Shown piece after piece: positions 57,401 to 64,000 of a stretch of 64,000 bases of DNA. Source of the stretch: a virus; the IMG/VR virus record IMGVR_UViG_3300035070_002905, positions 64,001 through 128,000 of that record. One strand, given 5' to 3'. A program made the position numbers and the translations under genes. The notes under the pieces are model-generated. The model worked only from the letters and a program-made list of their open reading frames with translations. It was not told the DNA's origin and ran no database searches. Each line of letters starts with the position of its first letter. Positions within the stretch are counted from its first letter, which is position 1.

Positions 57401-58492
57401 GTTATTGATGTTAACTATGTTATAAGCGTTAGTGAACGTAGAGATATCATATTGTTCACGGTTGCTTACGATAAATAAGTTCTGTACTTCAAAATCTCTC
57501 AGTTGAATCGTAGGGATCGCAGGGATTACGTGATGTTGTCCACGGTATGTATAGCTAAGCGTGTTAACTAGACTTACTGTCAACGGGCCGGTCTGAGCCA
57601 TATATCCAGTAGGTCGTTGGTTATCGCCATTCGTATCGAAACCATAACCGCCTTCTACTGGAACAATCTGGTATGGATTCCATGAGTTAGCGGCAGTGCC
57701 TGCAGTAGAGAAGATCGTACCGGCAGCTACATAGGTCTTAGGGAATGGATACCCGACTAAACCTGCACTGTTGAACTGTACGCGCGTACCTGCAGCTACA
57801 AGCGGCTGATCGAAAGTAAAACGATAAACCCTATAGCCTACACCGTCTGGGTAGCCTGTCTGCTGATTGAAGATCGAACGGTTAAGAATGATCGTACCAG
57901 CTGAAGGCATAGTATCCACGATGAACGTGTTATTAGTACTTACCGGAAAGCTACCGTCTGCCGGCACTGTAGCCGAGACGTACAGCGCATCGCCTTCATT
58001 AAGCGTAATGCCTGGAATAGCAGAGTATTCTAGTTTGTAAGTACCGTTAACGTTACCATCAGTAGCAATCTGTAGGAAGCCCAAGTCTTCGTACGCAAAG
58101 TTCTCACCTAGGAACGACGGGTTGTACGGAGCGTAGTTCTCTGCATCTACCGTCGCCAGTAGACGGGTACCATCGTTAGCCTGCATTAGACTCTGCAGGA
58201 TAGTCTCTACGCTATCGTCAAATGGTACGTAGGGATCTGGCACTTCGCCACTATACGTGATGTTAGCCGCATCGCCGGGAGCACCGCCACCGGTGCCCGT
58301 AGAGATGTCAAATAGGAAGTTCCCATTGTCCAACTCAATATCCGCCACGTTAGTACGCGTAGTACGACAGATATACGGAGTGCTAGTATCCTGAAGGATA
58401 GCTAGTTCACCTGCCTGTACATCTGTTAGTATGGCTGTGGCTGCATCAGCCAGCTGTAACCTACGCAGCTGGTCTTGATTAATTGTCTTCAT
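54446..58492 (-). CDS. Large virion/tail fibre protein (1348 aa)
   Basis: N-terminus homologous to the 1555 aa protein; Thr/Val-rich beta composition. Confidence 0.65.
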   Translation of the reverse strand: MKTINQDQLRRLQLADAATAILTDVQAGELAILQDTSTPYICRTTRTNVADIELDNGNFLFDISTGTGGGAPGDAANITYSGEVPDPYVPFDDSVETILQSLMQANDGTRLLATVDAENYAPYNPSFLGENFAYEDLGFLQIATDGNVNGTYKLEYSAIPGITLNEGDALYVSATVPADGSFPVSTNNTFIVDTMPSAGTIILNRSIFNQQTGYPDGVGYRVYRFTFDQPLVAAGTRVQFNSAGLVGYPFPKTYVAAGTIFSTAGTAANSWNPYQIVPVEGGYGFDTNGDNQRPTGYMAQTGPLTVSLVNTLSYTYRGQHHVIPAIPTIQLRDFEVQNLFIVSNREQYDISTFTNAYNIVNINNSGYDIVVLTGDEGENPSFTSNEPWAMDFAHVLADSGNINTITESIWLADNGSEEIKEGTISEILSGINVIPGAGVTYNITSGFIRTTYGQVVPYLGATSPTVRALWPDDDNRDEVLQADGRYYNILGTVPDSDETNAQHALIPEGMFSVDYLWIYQKPGSSRDLLLTKGDTLYTASELSAGIPILSLPTSGRNGYRLAAALVQKGGDTTYAAVSNEHELTSSSELVVIVPDLLEDLTSQTQFHTSRNLTARVTYNTNLYNGDATLQGWTEVGTPSLVVESGRNVLQCEDTSATAQTGLTRPMSLENLAVVFDNGNVIDYNFKLASGKARLQSCWTAVDSPVPNTAGQLLIDVEVVGSDTVFTMGSTVFTFTGVVDYFDVRVEIAPKAGNNWGVMTLTVTPPTAADAQSAIVSNWVQPYTGSVSENRFDTGEVANLSNVYLSDWLFTVFTSLPTVYVTIEDIVQNTIFIADGVRDWVFETPILNAVTEADVPDSATVTVKLLGEGSYIIRRNPTDVLSLINGGASVTGTFDGSTVLQVIPHNVDDTDVVSYAVIDITAAGSGAISLPPITAADVSYDPAQDTSPNPIVATELQAAVTELNAKIQTEVTPVGDYGLRYDRAVTITLESPITTFAMSAIEAKLFATDLSYAGETGIAHGMVATDQHAVVGICPVGTFTAPTGRYTVVNSTTSPSIDIVIKRSNFLLGEERLFTDAELAQIVLVGEIRIAGSTLTTNVIGPFFGDGTLNEYLTRLPVVVGRSIARNVQNLSVRTGRVIAESLRQYNTAADATVDLEVLIPVAGTSFAELARTFVTDYQWGPGGSATGNQYWDASDDALATVPANSYVVDTLIARSDSPNIALMKYIGEPMTSEQMQAYIVEDLPVPRDSYIVGKVVHTGSGIYTVVQRNGDVPTVNFDISTEYTATVAAGASWAIPNMTADEYTRAGFQFNGAHLRHGTEVFRVSDTAIRIVYDSVANEDFLDVIRPT

Positions 58493-58495
58493 GTA

Positions 58496-58960
58496 TTACA
58501 CCTCTAAATCTTGACGTCTCTCACGAGAAGCATTAGCATCGGTATCTTCCACGTTGAACTTGAACTTAGATACGCCGTTCTGATCGTACATAGTAAGCAG
58601 GTTCGTACGCTTATCCCAATACCAACTACCCATTGTAGCAGTCTTGATATCGTTAAGTTCATCAATAATCTGCGCATAGATTGGATCTATGATAGCAGTC
58701 GGAGAATAATCAGTCATAATCTCCAGGACGTCATCACCGTCAGGTACGCCGTTAGGGTACTGTGTAAGATCTAGGGTTACTCGATGATAATTATTTGGAT
58801 CGTTCGGGTCTGTATTACTAACTGTATAGTCGGTAATGCGAACCAGTTTGATCCCGTTAAGATAGATCGTTTCTGCGTCTTTAGAAAACGGGTTGACATC
58901 GAAGGCGTTCTTACCTACTGCATCATCTCCCGTAAAGACTTCTGAATATCCGTAAGCCAT
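58496..58960 (-). CDS. Putative virion structural protein
   Basis: IYLNGIKLVRITDYTV motif; coupled in the late operon. Confidence 0.55.
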   Translation of the reverse strand: MAYGYSEVFTGDDAVGKNAFDVNPFSKDAETIYLNGIKLVRITDYTVSNTDPNDPNNYHRVTLDLTQYPNGVPDGDDVLEIMTDYSPTAIIDPIYAQIIDELNDIKTATMGSWYWDKRTNLLTMYDQNGVSKFKFNVEDTDANASRERRQDLEV

Positions 58961-59445
58961 TACGCGGTACCTCCCGTCTTGTACATAGCCCTGATGTATA
59001 GGTCTGCAGCCTTAGTCCTTTGGTTCGTAACGAATGGACGACCTGCGTACTCGCTAAGACATGTATGGAATGCCTCGCCGTGCCCCTCATTATCTAGGAC
59101 GTAGCCAGTTACTTCACGTAGCATATCATTCTGAGGTACATTCGCTTTACCGAGGATCTTCCATGCTTCCTGAAAGGCGAACGCCAGCTCTAGTGAAGTA
59201 GGGATATCAGTATAGTGAGCGTCGGGGGTGTTGTTATTAGCCACCTCTACGAAGCGCAGGAAGTACTCTGCATCACCTAGGACTAAGTCAGGGTGTTCCT
59301 GTAGTGCCTTGAGCATTACAATCTGAACTACCGATAGCTCGTCGAAGCGAGCACCTAACTCTAGGCTAATTGTTTCTAACTCTAAAAAGTGCCAGTCAGG
59401 ACCGAGTGTCTTGTCTAGCGATTCATCTAATTTACTTAATAGCAT
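58960..59445 (-). CDS. Hypothetical protein (late operon)
   Basis: AGGAG RBS. Confidence 0.65.
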   Translation of the reverse strand: MLLSKLDESLDKTLGPDWHFLELETISLELGARFDELSVVQIVMLKALQEHPDLVLGDAEYFLRFVEVANNNTPDAHYTDIPTSLELAFAFQEAWKILGKANVPQNDMLREVTGYVLDNEGHGEAFHTCLSEYAGRPFVTNQRTKAADLYIRAMYKTGGTA

Positions 59446-59454
59446 CGTATTCTC

Positions 59455-60306
59455 CTATACCAGACTCTCTAGTACCTGTAGCTCTCCTAGAGGTAGTGCC
59501 TCGATGGCGTCCTTCATTTGGTGGGCTTCTTTAAGTAGCTGGCCGATATCATCACCTAGTGCAGCGCCTGCAGCCTCTGCGACTTTGATTAAGCTCTCAG
59601 CCGGTACGCTCTTCTTGTGTAGCTTAATAGAGCATGCTGCCTGCTTAACCATGAAGCAATCTTTATAGAATGACGGGCCGAAATAGTTAGCCGACTTCTC
59701 TAGTCCGCGGATGGTATTGTAAATGGCACGGTTATCTTCTACGCTAAGCTTCTCGGGATCGGTAGATGCAACTACCTGAGCGATCTTAGTGAACTCATCC
59801 TCGCCGGTAATATCTGCACGATGCTTGAGTGCTTCTACTGCAGCGATCTTACTCATAGTACCTGCGCCCGCGAAGATCTTGATGATATCTGAATCGACCA
59901 TGCTAGAGTAGTTATCCACTAGACTCTCACACGCCGATGCGATCTTATCCATATCAGGTCGTACCTGGGCTAGCTGAGTATGAATGAACCCCTCTGCCTG
60001 TGCAACCTTATCGCCTAGCTCTTGGACGCCTGCCTGACGTACCTGAGCGGCTTTAATCATCTTGCTAGTCATATCGGCTACAACACCGCGTACTTCGTAT
60101 AGGTCTACTGCTTTATCAACTCGAGGGATTGCATCATAATCACCTGGACGGTGTGCGATCTTCTCAAGGTATGCCAGCTCTAGTGCGCTGACGATCGTGT
60201 GGTCTTTGCTGTCTGTCTCATAGTTACCTTCCAGTGCGGCCTGTTTGACCATCTCATTAACTTCTGGAAGAAGCTCTGCTACTTGACGAATAGTATGTAA
60301 AGGCAT
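59455..60306 (-). CDS. Helical KxA-motif-rich protein, possibly head-associated
   Basis: AAGGAG RBS; 12 of 22 lysines in KxA context. Confidence 0.6.
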   Translation of the reverse strand: MPLHTIRQVAELLPEVNEMVKQAALEGNYETDSKDHTIVSALELAYLEKIAHRPGDYDAIPRVDKAVDLYEVRGVVADMTSKMIKAAQVRQAGVQELGDKVAQAEGFIHTQLAQVRPDMDKIASACESLVDNYSSMVDSDIIKIFAGAGTMSKIAAVEALKHRADITGEDEFTKIAQVVASTDPEKLSVEDNRAIYNTIRGLEKSANYFGPSFYKDCFMVKQAACSIKLHKKSVPAESLIKVAEAAGAALGDDIGQLLKEAHQMKDAIEALPLGELQVLESLV

Positions 60307-60317
60307 ATAATGCTCCT

Positions 60318-60830
60318 TTAAACGGGTAGGCCGGCCATTTGGCGGGCTCTTTGTAAAATTGTTGGGTCTTCAACTGGATCACTTGGAATACCCTGTAGCA
60401 TCAGCATATCAGCTGCAATCTCAGGTTCCGTATGCGAGGCTACTCGATTTATTCGAGAGGTTACATCCAGTGCGTGTTTTTGTTTAGATCTGTCAGCAAT
60501 GATTTTAGCGATTGTCGCACCAGCACCTACGATACCGCCTGCTATGGCCATAGTCTTGTTGCTTGCTGATGTCCCCTTGGCTGCTGCCATAACGTTGGTC
60601 ATTAGCGCTGCGCCTACAGCACCTTTAGCTCCAGCGCCTAGTGCGCCTCGGGCTTTATCTGCCAGACTGGTCTCGGGTACCGAGAGCTTTCCGCTGGCGT
60701 CCATAATAGTTTCTCGTTGACCTTGCTGATCCATGCTACGAAAGTACGGGCTGTTTAACTGAACTGCCGGCGATACTCCACGCGATGTATTTGCGATAAG
60801 TGCACGAGATACATTTGCAAGTTTTTCCAT
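60318..60830 (-). CDS. Gly/Ala-rich putative virion protein
   Basis: GAGGAG RBS; glycine-zipper-like hydrophobic segments. Confidence 0.6.
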   Translation of the reverse strand: MEKLANVSRALIANTSRGVSPAVQLNSPYFRSMDQQGQRETIMDASGKLSVPETSLADKARGALGAGAKGAVGAALMTNVMAAAKGTSASNKTMAIAGGIVGAGATIAKIIADRSKQKHALDVTSRINRVASHTEPEIAADMLMLQGIPSDPVEDPTILQRARQMAGLPV

Positions 60831-60852
60831 AATGATCTCCTCTGTCTTTCAA

Positions 60853-60859
60853 TATTTTA
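60853..60859 (-). promoter_or_regulatory. Candidate late promoter TAAAATA
   Basis: About 23 nt upstream of ATG 60830. Confidence 0.6.
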
Positions 60860-60868
60860 GGGTATTGG

Positions 60869-60876
60869 GTTATAAG
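60869..60876 (+). promoter_or_regulatory. Candidate early/middle promoter GTTATAAG
   Basis: Heads a plus-strand block, back-to-back with the late motif. Confidence 0.55.
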
Positions 60877-60911
60877 AGAAGTATAGGACAATCATTTTAC
60901 CGGAGAACGAA

Positions 60912-61031
60912 ATGAACTCATTCATCGCACGACTAAAGAATCTTAACCTGCCGCAATTCCTGTTAGTAGTCTACCTGGCTGCTACGACAGTTATTGGGTC
61001 AGTATTTGCAATCGGCACCTTCAAGGAGTAA
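60912..61031 (+). CDS. Small membrane peptide (39 aa)
   Basis: GGAG RBS; MNSFIARLKNLNLPQFLLVVYLAATTVIGSVFAIGTFKE. Confidence 0.55.
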   Translation: MNSFIARLKNLNLPQFLLVVYLAATTVIGSVFAIGTFKE

Positions 61032-61034
61032 CAC

Positions 61035-61415
61035 ATGAAACTACCAGCACTAACGGAACTAGTGTTCAAAGATGTATATGCAGCGGGATTATCTGCACAC
61101 AAAGCAATTAGTAAGTTCAACTCGGTTAACTGCCGTGCTAACTTCTCAACGACCGTGCCTAAGTCTATTCGTGAAATGGAATCTGAGTATACCGTGGGCG
61201 CGCACATTATCAAGAACCACCGCGACCGCTATAAGTGGATGCCGCTAGAAGTGGAGTATGAAGGCGCAGAGTATCGCATCGTCGGTAAGCCTGAGATCTT
61301 CTTCCCGGGCTACGTAGCGATCGGTGACGACTACTACGCGGTGACTGCACAGGATCTTCTACGTGGTTACATTGAAGAGAGCATGCAGATCAGCAAGGAC
61401 GAACTAGAATGTTAG
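61035..61415 (+). CDS. Hypothetical protein
   Basis: AAGGAG RBS. Confidence 0.65.
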   Translation: MKLPALTELVFKDVYAAGLSAHKAISKFNSVNCRANFSTTVPKSIREMESEYTVGAHIIKNHRDRYKWMPLEVEYEGAEYRIVGKPEIFFPGYVAIGDDYYAVTAQDLLRGYIEESMQISKDELEC

Positions 61416-61597
61416 ACATCGATGACTATGATCGCGAAGAAATTCGTGACATAGTATGCGAGAGTGACGAGCTCGTGCAGGCTATCAAGTATGAGATCTT
61501 AAATAATCTAGAGATCACAATGACAAATCCGTCAGAGCCAGGCGCTACTCCGCGTATCGCCCTGACCTACGACGGTGAGGTAATCAGTTCAATCTAG
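61409..61597 (+). CDS. Hypothetical protein
   Basis: Coupled ORF. Confidence 0.55.
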   Translation: MLDIDDYDREEIRDIVCESDELVQAIKYEILNNLEITMTNPSEPGATPRIALTYDGEVISSI

Positions 61598-61605
61598 GAG
61601 GCAAT

Positions 61606-61803
61606 ATGGCCAGAGGAATGGCAATTCTTGGTGTATCAGTTCGAGACGAGTACATCACACCTTACCTATTTGAAACCATGGAAGAAGCGAACGACTGGGA
61701 GGCTCAGGCCGACGGTTGCTACCGCGAAGTCCATACTGGAGAAGTGAAGATTGTTAACGGCCGCCTGCAATGGATGCGCGGCTTTGATAGACCGGAGGAA
61801 TAA
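61606..61803 (+). CDS. Hypothetical protein
   Basis: AGGAGG RBS. Confidence 0.6.
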   Translation: MARGMAILGVSVRDEYITPYLFETMEEANDWEAQADGCYREVHTGEVKIVNGRLQWMRGFDRPEE

Positions 61804-62279
61804 TGCCGATTAATGAAGTAGTACAGGGCGACTTGATCGCCCTAGCTAAGAACTATGAGTACGAAGCGATTGCGCATGGCTGTAACTGCCTGTGTACAAT
61901 GGGGTCTGGAATCGCACCGATGATTCGTCAGGCATTTCCTGCAGCATGGGAGGCAGATCAATTTACCGTGAAGGGAGATCGAGATAAGCTCGGTAGCTAC
62001 TCAGTAGGATATGATGAAGGGCATGATATGTTCGTCTTCAATCTGTACACTCAGTACGATTACTTTGGTCGTAAGCAAGGCCGTCGAGACGTGGACTACA
62101 ACGCCGTAACCTCAGCATTCGCCGCCATGAATGAATGGTGTCGTGACAATGGTATTAGTGTTATAGGCATCCCTAAGATTGGCGCCGGCTTAGCTGGCGG
62201 TGACTGGGAGACGATCAAGGAGCGTATCAATGCGGTTACTCCCGACTTAGATATTGAGTTAGTGGAGTATAATCGATGA
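61803..62279 (+). CDS. Macrodomain protein (ADP-ribose processing)
   Basis: VQGDL, IAHGCNC..TMGSGIA, NLYTQ, PKIGAGLAGGDW. Confidence 0.9.
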   Translation: MPINEVVQGDLIALAKNYEYEAIAHGCNCLCTMGSGIAPMIRQAFPAAWEADQFTVKGDRDKLGSYSVGYDEGHDMFVFNLYTQYDYFGRKQGRRDVDYNAVTSAFAAMNEWCRDNGISVIGIPKIGAGLAGGDWETIKERINAVTPDLDIELVEYNR

Positions 62280-62839
62280 AACTGTTTATAGTCGCTCTTA
62301 TCTTCGCATCGATAGCGATAACCTTCCTGACTAAGTCCGTGGCGATATTCGTTATCGCCGGTCTGGGTATTACCGTGGGAGTTATCCTATGGACTCAGTT
62401 CGTAGACAAGAAGGCTAAGGAGAAGTACTCTCCGCCTCCCCGCAAGAAGCGTGTAGTAGATCCATACGCTCCGCAGTACGTATACGTGATCATGAACCCT
62501 GCCTTTCGCCCAGGTATCTTCAAGGTCGGTATGACTACCGTGAGTATCATGGATCGAATCAAGCAGCTGTTCACTACCGGAGTTCCAGTACCATTCGCTA
62601 CGGTACTTAAGTTCCAGGTAGATAACGGTAAAGAATACGAGAAGGCGTTGCACGTTAAGTTCGCCGATAAGCGTATCAACCGTCGCAGAGAGTTCTTCCA
62701 GCTAACGGAAGAGGACGTCCTAGAGATGGCTCTCCTTCCGGAATGCCAGGAACAAGATCCAGAGGCCCTTAGACGAGCTCTGAGCAAGGAAATGGACCTC
62801 ACGTGGACATTGCCTCAAGTGAAACGCAAAGAGGCTTAG
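62276..62839 (+). CDS. T5orf172/GIY-YIG-like domain protein with N-terminal membrane segment
   Basis: YVYVIMN...KVGMT...R...L...GVP.PF...EKALH...REFF. Confidence 0.8.
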   Translation: MKLFIVALIFASIAITFLTKSVAIFVIAGLGITVGVILWTQFVDKKAKEKYSPPPRKKRVVDPYAPQYVYVIMNPAFRPGIFKVGMTTVSIMDRIKQLFTTGVPVPFATVLKFQVDNGKEYEKALHVKFADKRINRRREFFQLTEEDVLEMALLPECQEQDPEALRRALSKEMDLTWTLPQVKRKEA

Positions 62840-62859
62840 AATAGCCTACAGGAGCATCT

Positions 62860-63258
62860 ATGCGATACCTAGTCTTCGCCGGACCGGAGTACTATCCCTC
62901 CGGCGGGGTTTATGATTTAAAGTTCCAAACGGACGACATCCAAGAAGTCTTAGACTTTATCGAGAACCCGATAGATGATAGCAGCCGGTGGCGTGAGAGA
63001 TTCGATTGGGTCCACGCGCTGGATACTAAATGGGCACTTAAGATCGACCGCTATTTCCTAGGGCGTGCCAAACGTCTGGTATCCCTTATGGAGGACGGTC
63101 AGATAAAGTGTGAGAATGACTGGAAGCTTAAATCGATATGTGATGACCTAGTTATCGCAGGACTAGCTACAGAGGAACCTGACGGCCATTACGATATACT
63201 AGACGAAACTCTAGAAGGGATTATGAGGGAATATGGATGGAATGGTCTGACTTCCTAG
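62860..63258 (+). CDS. Hypothetical protein
   Basis: AGGAG RBS; YLVFAG..YYPSGG..D motif. Confidence 0.65.
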   Translation: MRYLVFAGPEYYPSGGVYDLKFQTDDIQEVLDFIENPIDDSSRWRERFDWVHALDTKWALKIDRYFLGRAKRLVSLMEDGQIKCENDWKLKSICDDLVIAGLATEEPDGHYDILDETLEGIMREYGWNGLTS

Positions 63259-63461
63259 AACAAATGGGTATCACGGATGATACTACTATCGATGAACTAA
63301 AACAGATGCTGTACGAATCTCACTTCGAGAATATACAGTTAGCCGACCGATACGAAGCAGAAATCCGTGAACTGAAGACTAATAGTAAGGGTACTCTTAA
63401 AGAGGCCCTTAAAGTTAAATCAGAAATGGAATGCTTATGTCGAAAACTCCAATCTACTTAA
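63237..63461 (+). CDS. Hypothetical protein
   Basis: Coupled ORF. Confidence 0.55.
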   Translation: MEWSDFLEQMGITDDTTIDELKQMLYESHFENIQLADRYEAEIRELKTNSKGTLKEALKVKSEMECLCRKLQST

Positions 63462-63640
63462 AAGATGTACAACAGGCTGCGGAAGGCTTATGCCTAGAAG
63501 TAGTATCCGCTAACGATATCATGCTTGAATGTCGGACTCATATACTCTACGAAGATATCATCGAGTGTATGCAGTATTTGGAATCACAGGGGCAGGCTCA
63601 ACGACACCGCTTAGGCTGGGATAGTTGGACTCTCCTATAA
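63431..63640 (+). CDS. Hypothetical protein
   Basis: Last ORF before the terminator. Confidence 0.5.
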   Translation: MLMSKTPIYLKDVQQAAEGLCLEVVSANDIMLECRTHILYEDIIECMQYLESQGQAQRHRLGWDSWTLL

Positions 63641-63641
63641 C

Positions 63642-63669
63642 AAAGAAGGAGCCTCTAGGGCTCCTTTTT
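63642..63669. terminator. Bidirectional intrinsic terminator
   Basis: AAGGAGCC-tctag-GGCTCCTTTTT between convergent genes. Confidence 0.8.
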
Positions 63670-63672
63670 AGC

Positions 63673-63969
63673 TTATCCAGCAATGACTGTACCTGCGCCT
63701 GCAGATACTACAGAGCCACATGCCGTGGCATCTCCTACTCGTGCCGCCGGTTGACCGTTGATCAGTACGGTACCAGAGCCTGCAGAGATTACCACGCCGT
63801 GTGGGCCTGGAGGGTTAGGGCAGATCCAGCTATGTGGAGTACCCGAGTCTCCCACTCGTGCAGCAGGAGAACCTTCGATGATTACATCAGGAGATCCACT
63901 GGTTATTACACCGCCAGACCAACATCCGTGCGGGGCGATTGCATCCCCGACTCTAGCTACACTGGGCAT
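63673..63969 (-). CDS. PAAR-repeat spike tip protein
   Basis: VARVGD plus two PAARVGD repeats with His/Cys ligands. Confidence 0.92.
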   Translation of the reverse strand: MPSVARVGDAIAPHGCWSGGVITSGSPDVIIEGSPAARVGDSGTPHSWICPNPPGPHGVVISAGSGTVLINGQPAARVGDATACGSVVSAGAGTVIAG

Positions 63970-64000
63970 TATGGGTAGTACCTCTTGAATTCGGCTACGT

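Noticed and set aside
63673-63969. PAAR and baseplate genes as a bacterial T6SS or tailocin
   Set aside because: Terminase, tape measure, nucleotide metabolism genes and gene density indicate a phage genome.
1-64000. Stop-codon reassignment or tRNA genes
   Set aside because: Long genes are intact in the standard code, TAG and TGA end genes at sensible positions, and no cloverleaf was recognised in the short intergenic gaps.

Overview
A 64 kb segment of a large lytic contractile-tailed (myovirus-type) dsDNA phage genome. No tRNA, rRNA, CRISPR array or integrase was seen. A Gram-negative, possibly marine host is only a weak guess. Minus-strand late/virion blocks alternate with plus-strand early/middle blocks. 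The minus-strand blocks hold a tail fibre/tailspike running off the left edge, an M15 endolysin, baseplate genes, a sigma factor, a tape measure preceded by a -1 frameshifted chaperone pair, the terminase large subunit, three very large fibre proteins, holin-like genes and a PAAR protein. The plus-strand blocks hold a RuvC-like resolvase, an antirepressor-like gene, dNMP kinase, dCMP deaminase, a probable class II RNR, a macrodomain, a T5orf172 protein and many small ORFans. Best candidate for an undescribed system: a phage ubiquitin-like conjugation operon (39.6-45.0 kb), with a five-unit polyubiquitin-like precursor (each unit ends NRTGTKG) plus E2-like, JAB/MPN+ and ThiF/E1 enzymes, related to PRTRC cassettes. 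Second candidate, directly upstream: four proteins sharing the N-terminus RTRQGFVSNSSSSSF, coupled to an atypical radical SAM/SPASM enzyme. Also found: a palindromic iteron-rich origin candidate, a TAAAATA late-promoter motif, and a stand-alone RNA polymerase beta-prime-like Zn module. All family assignments come from motif recognition by eye; no searches were run.
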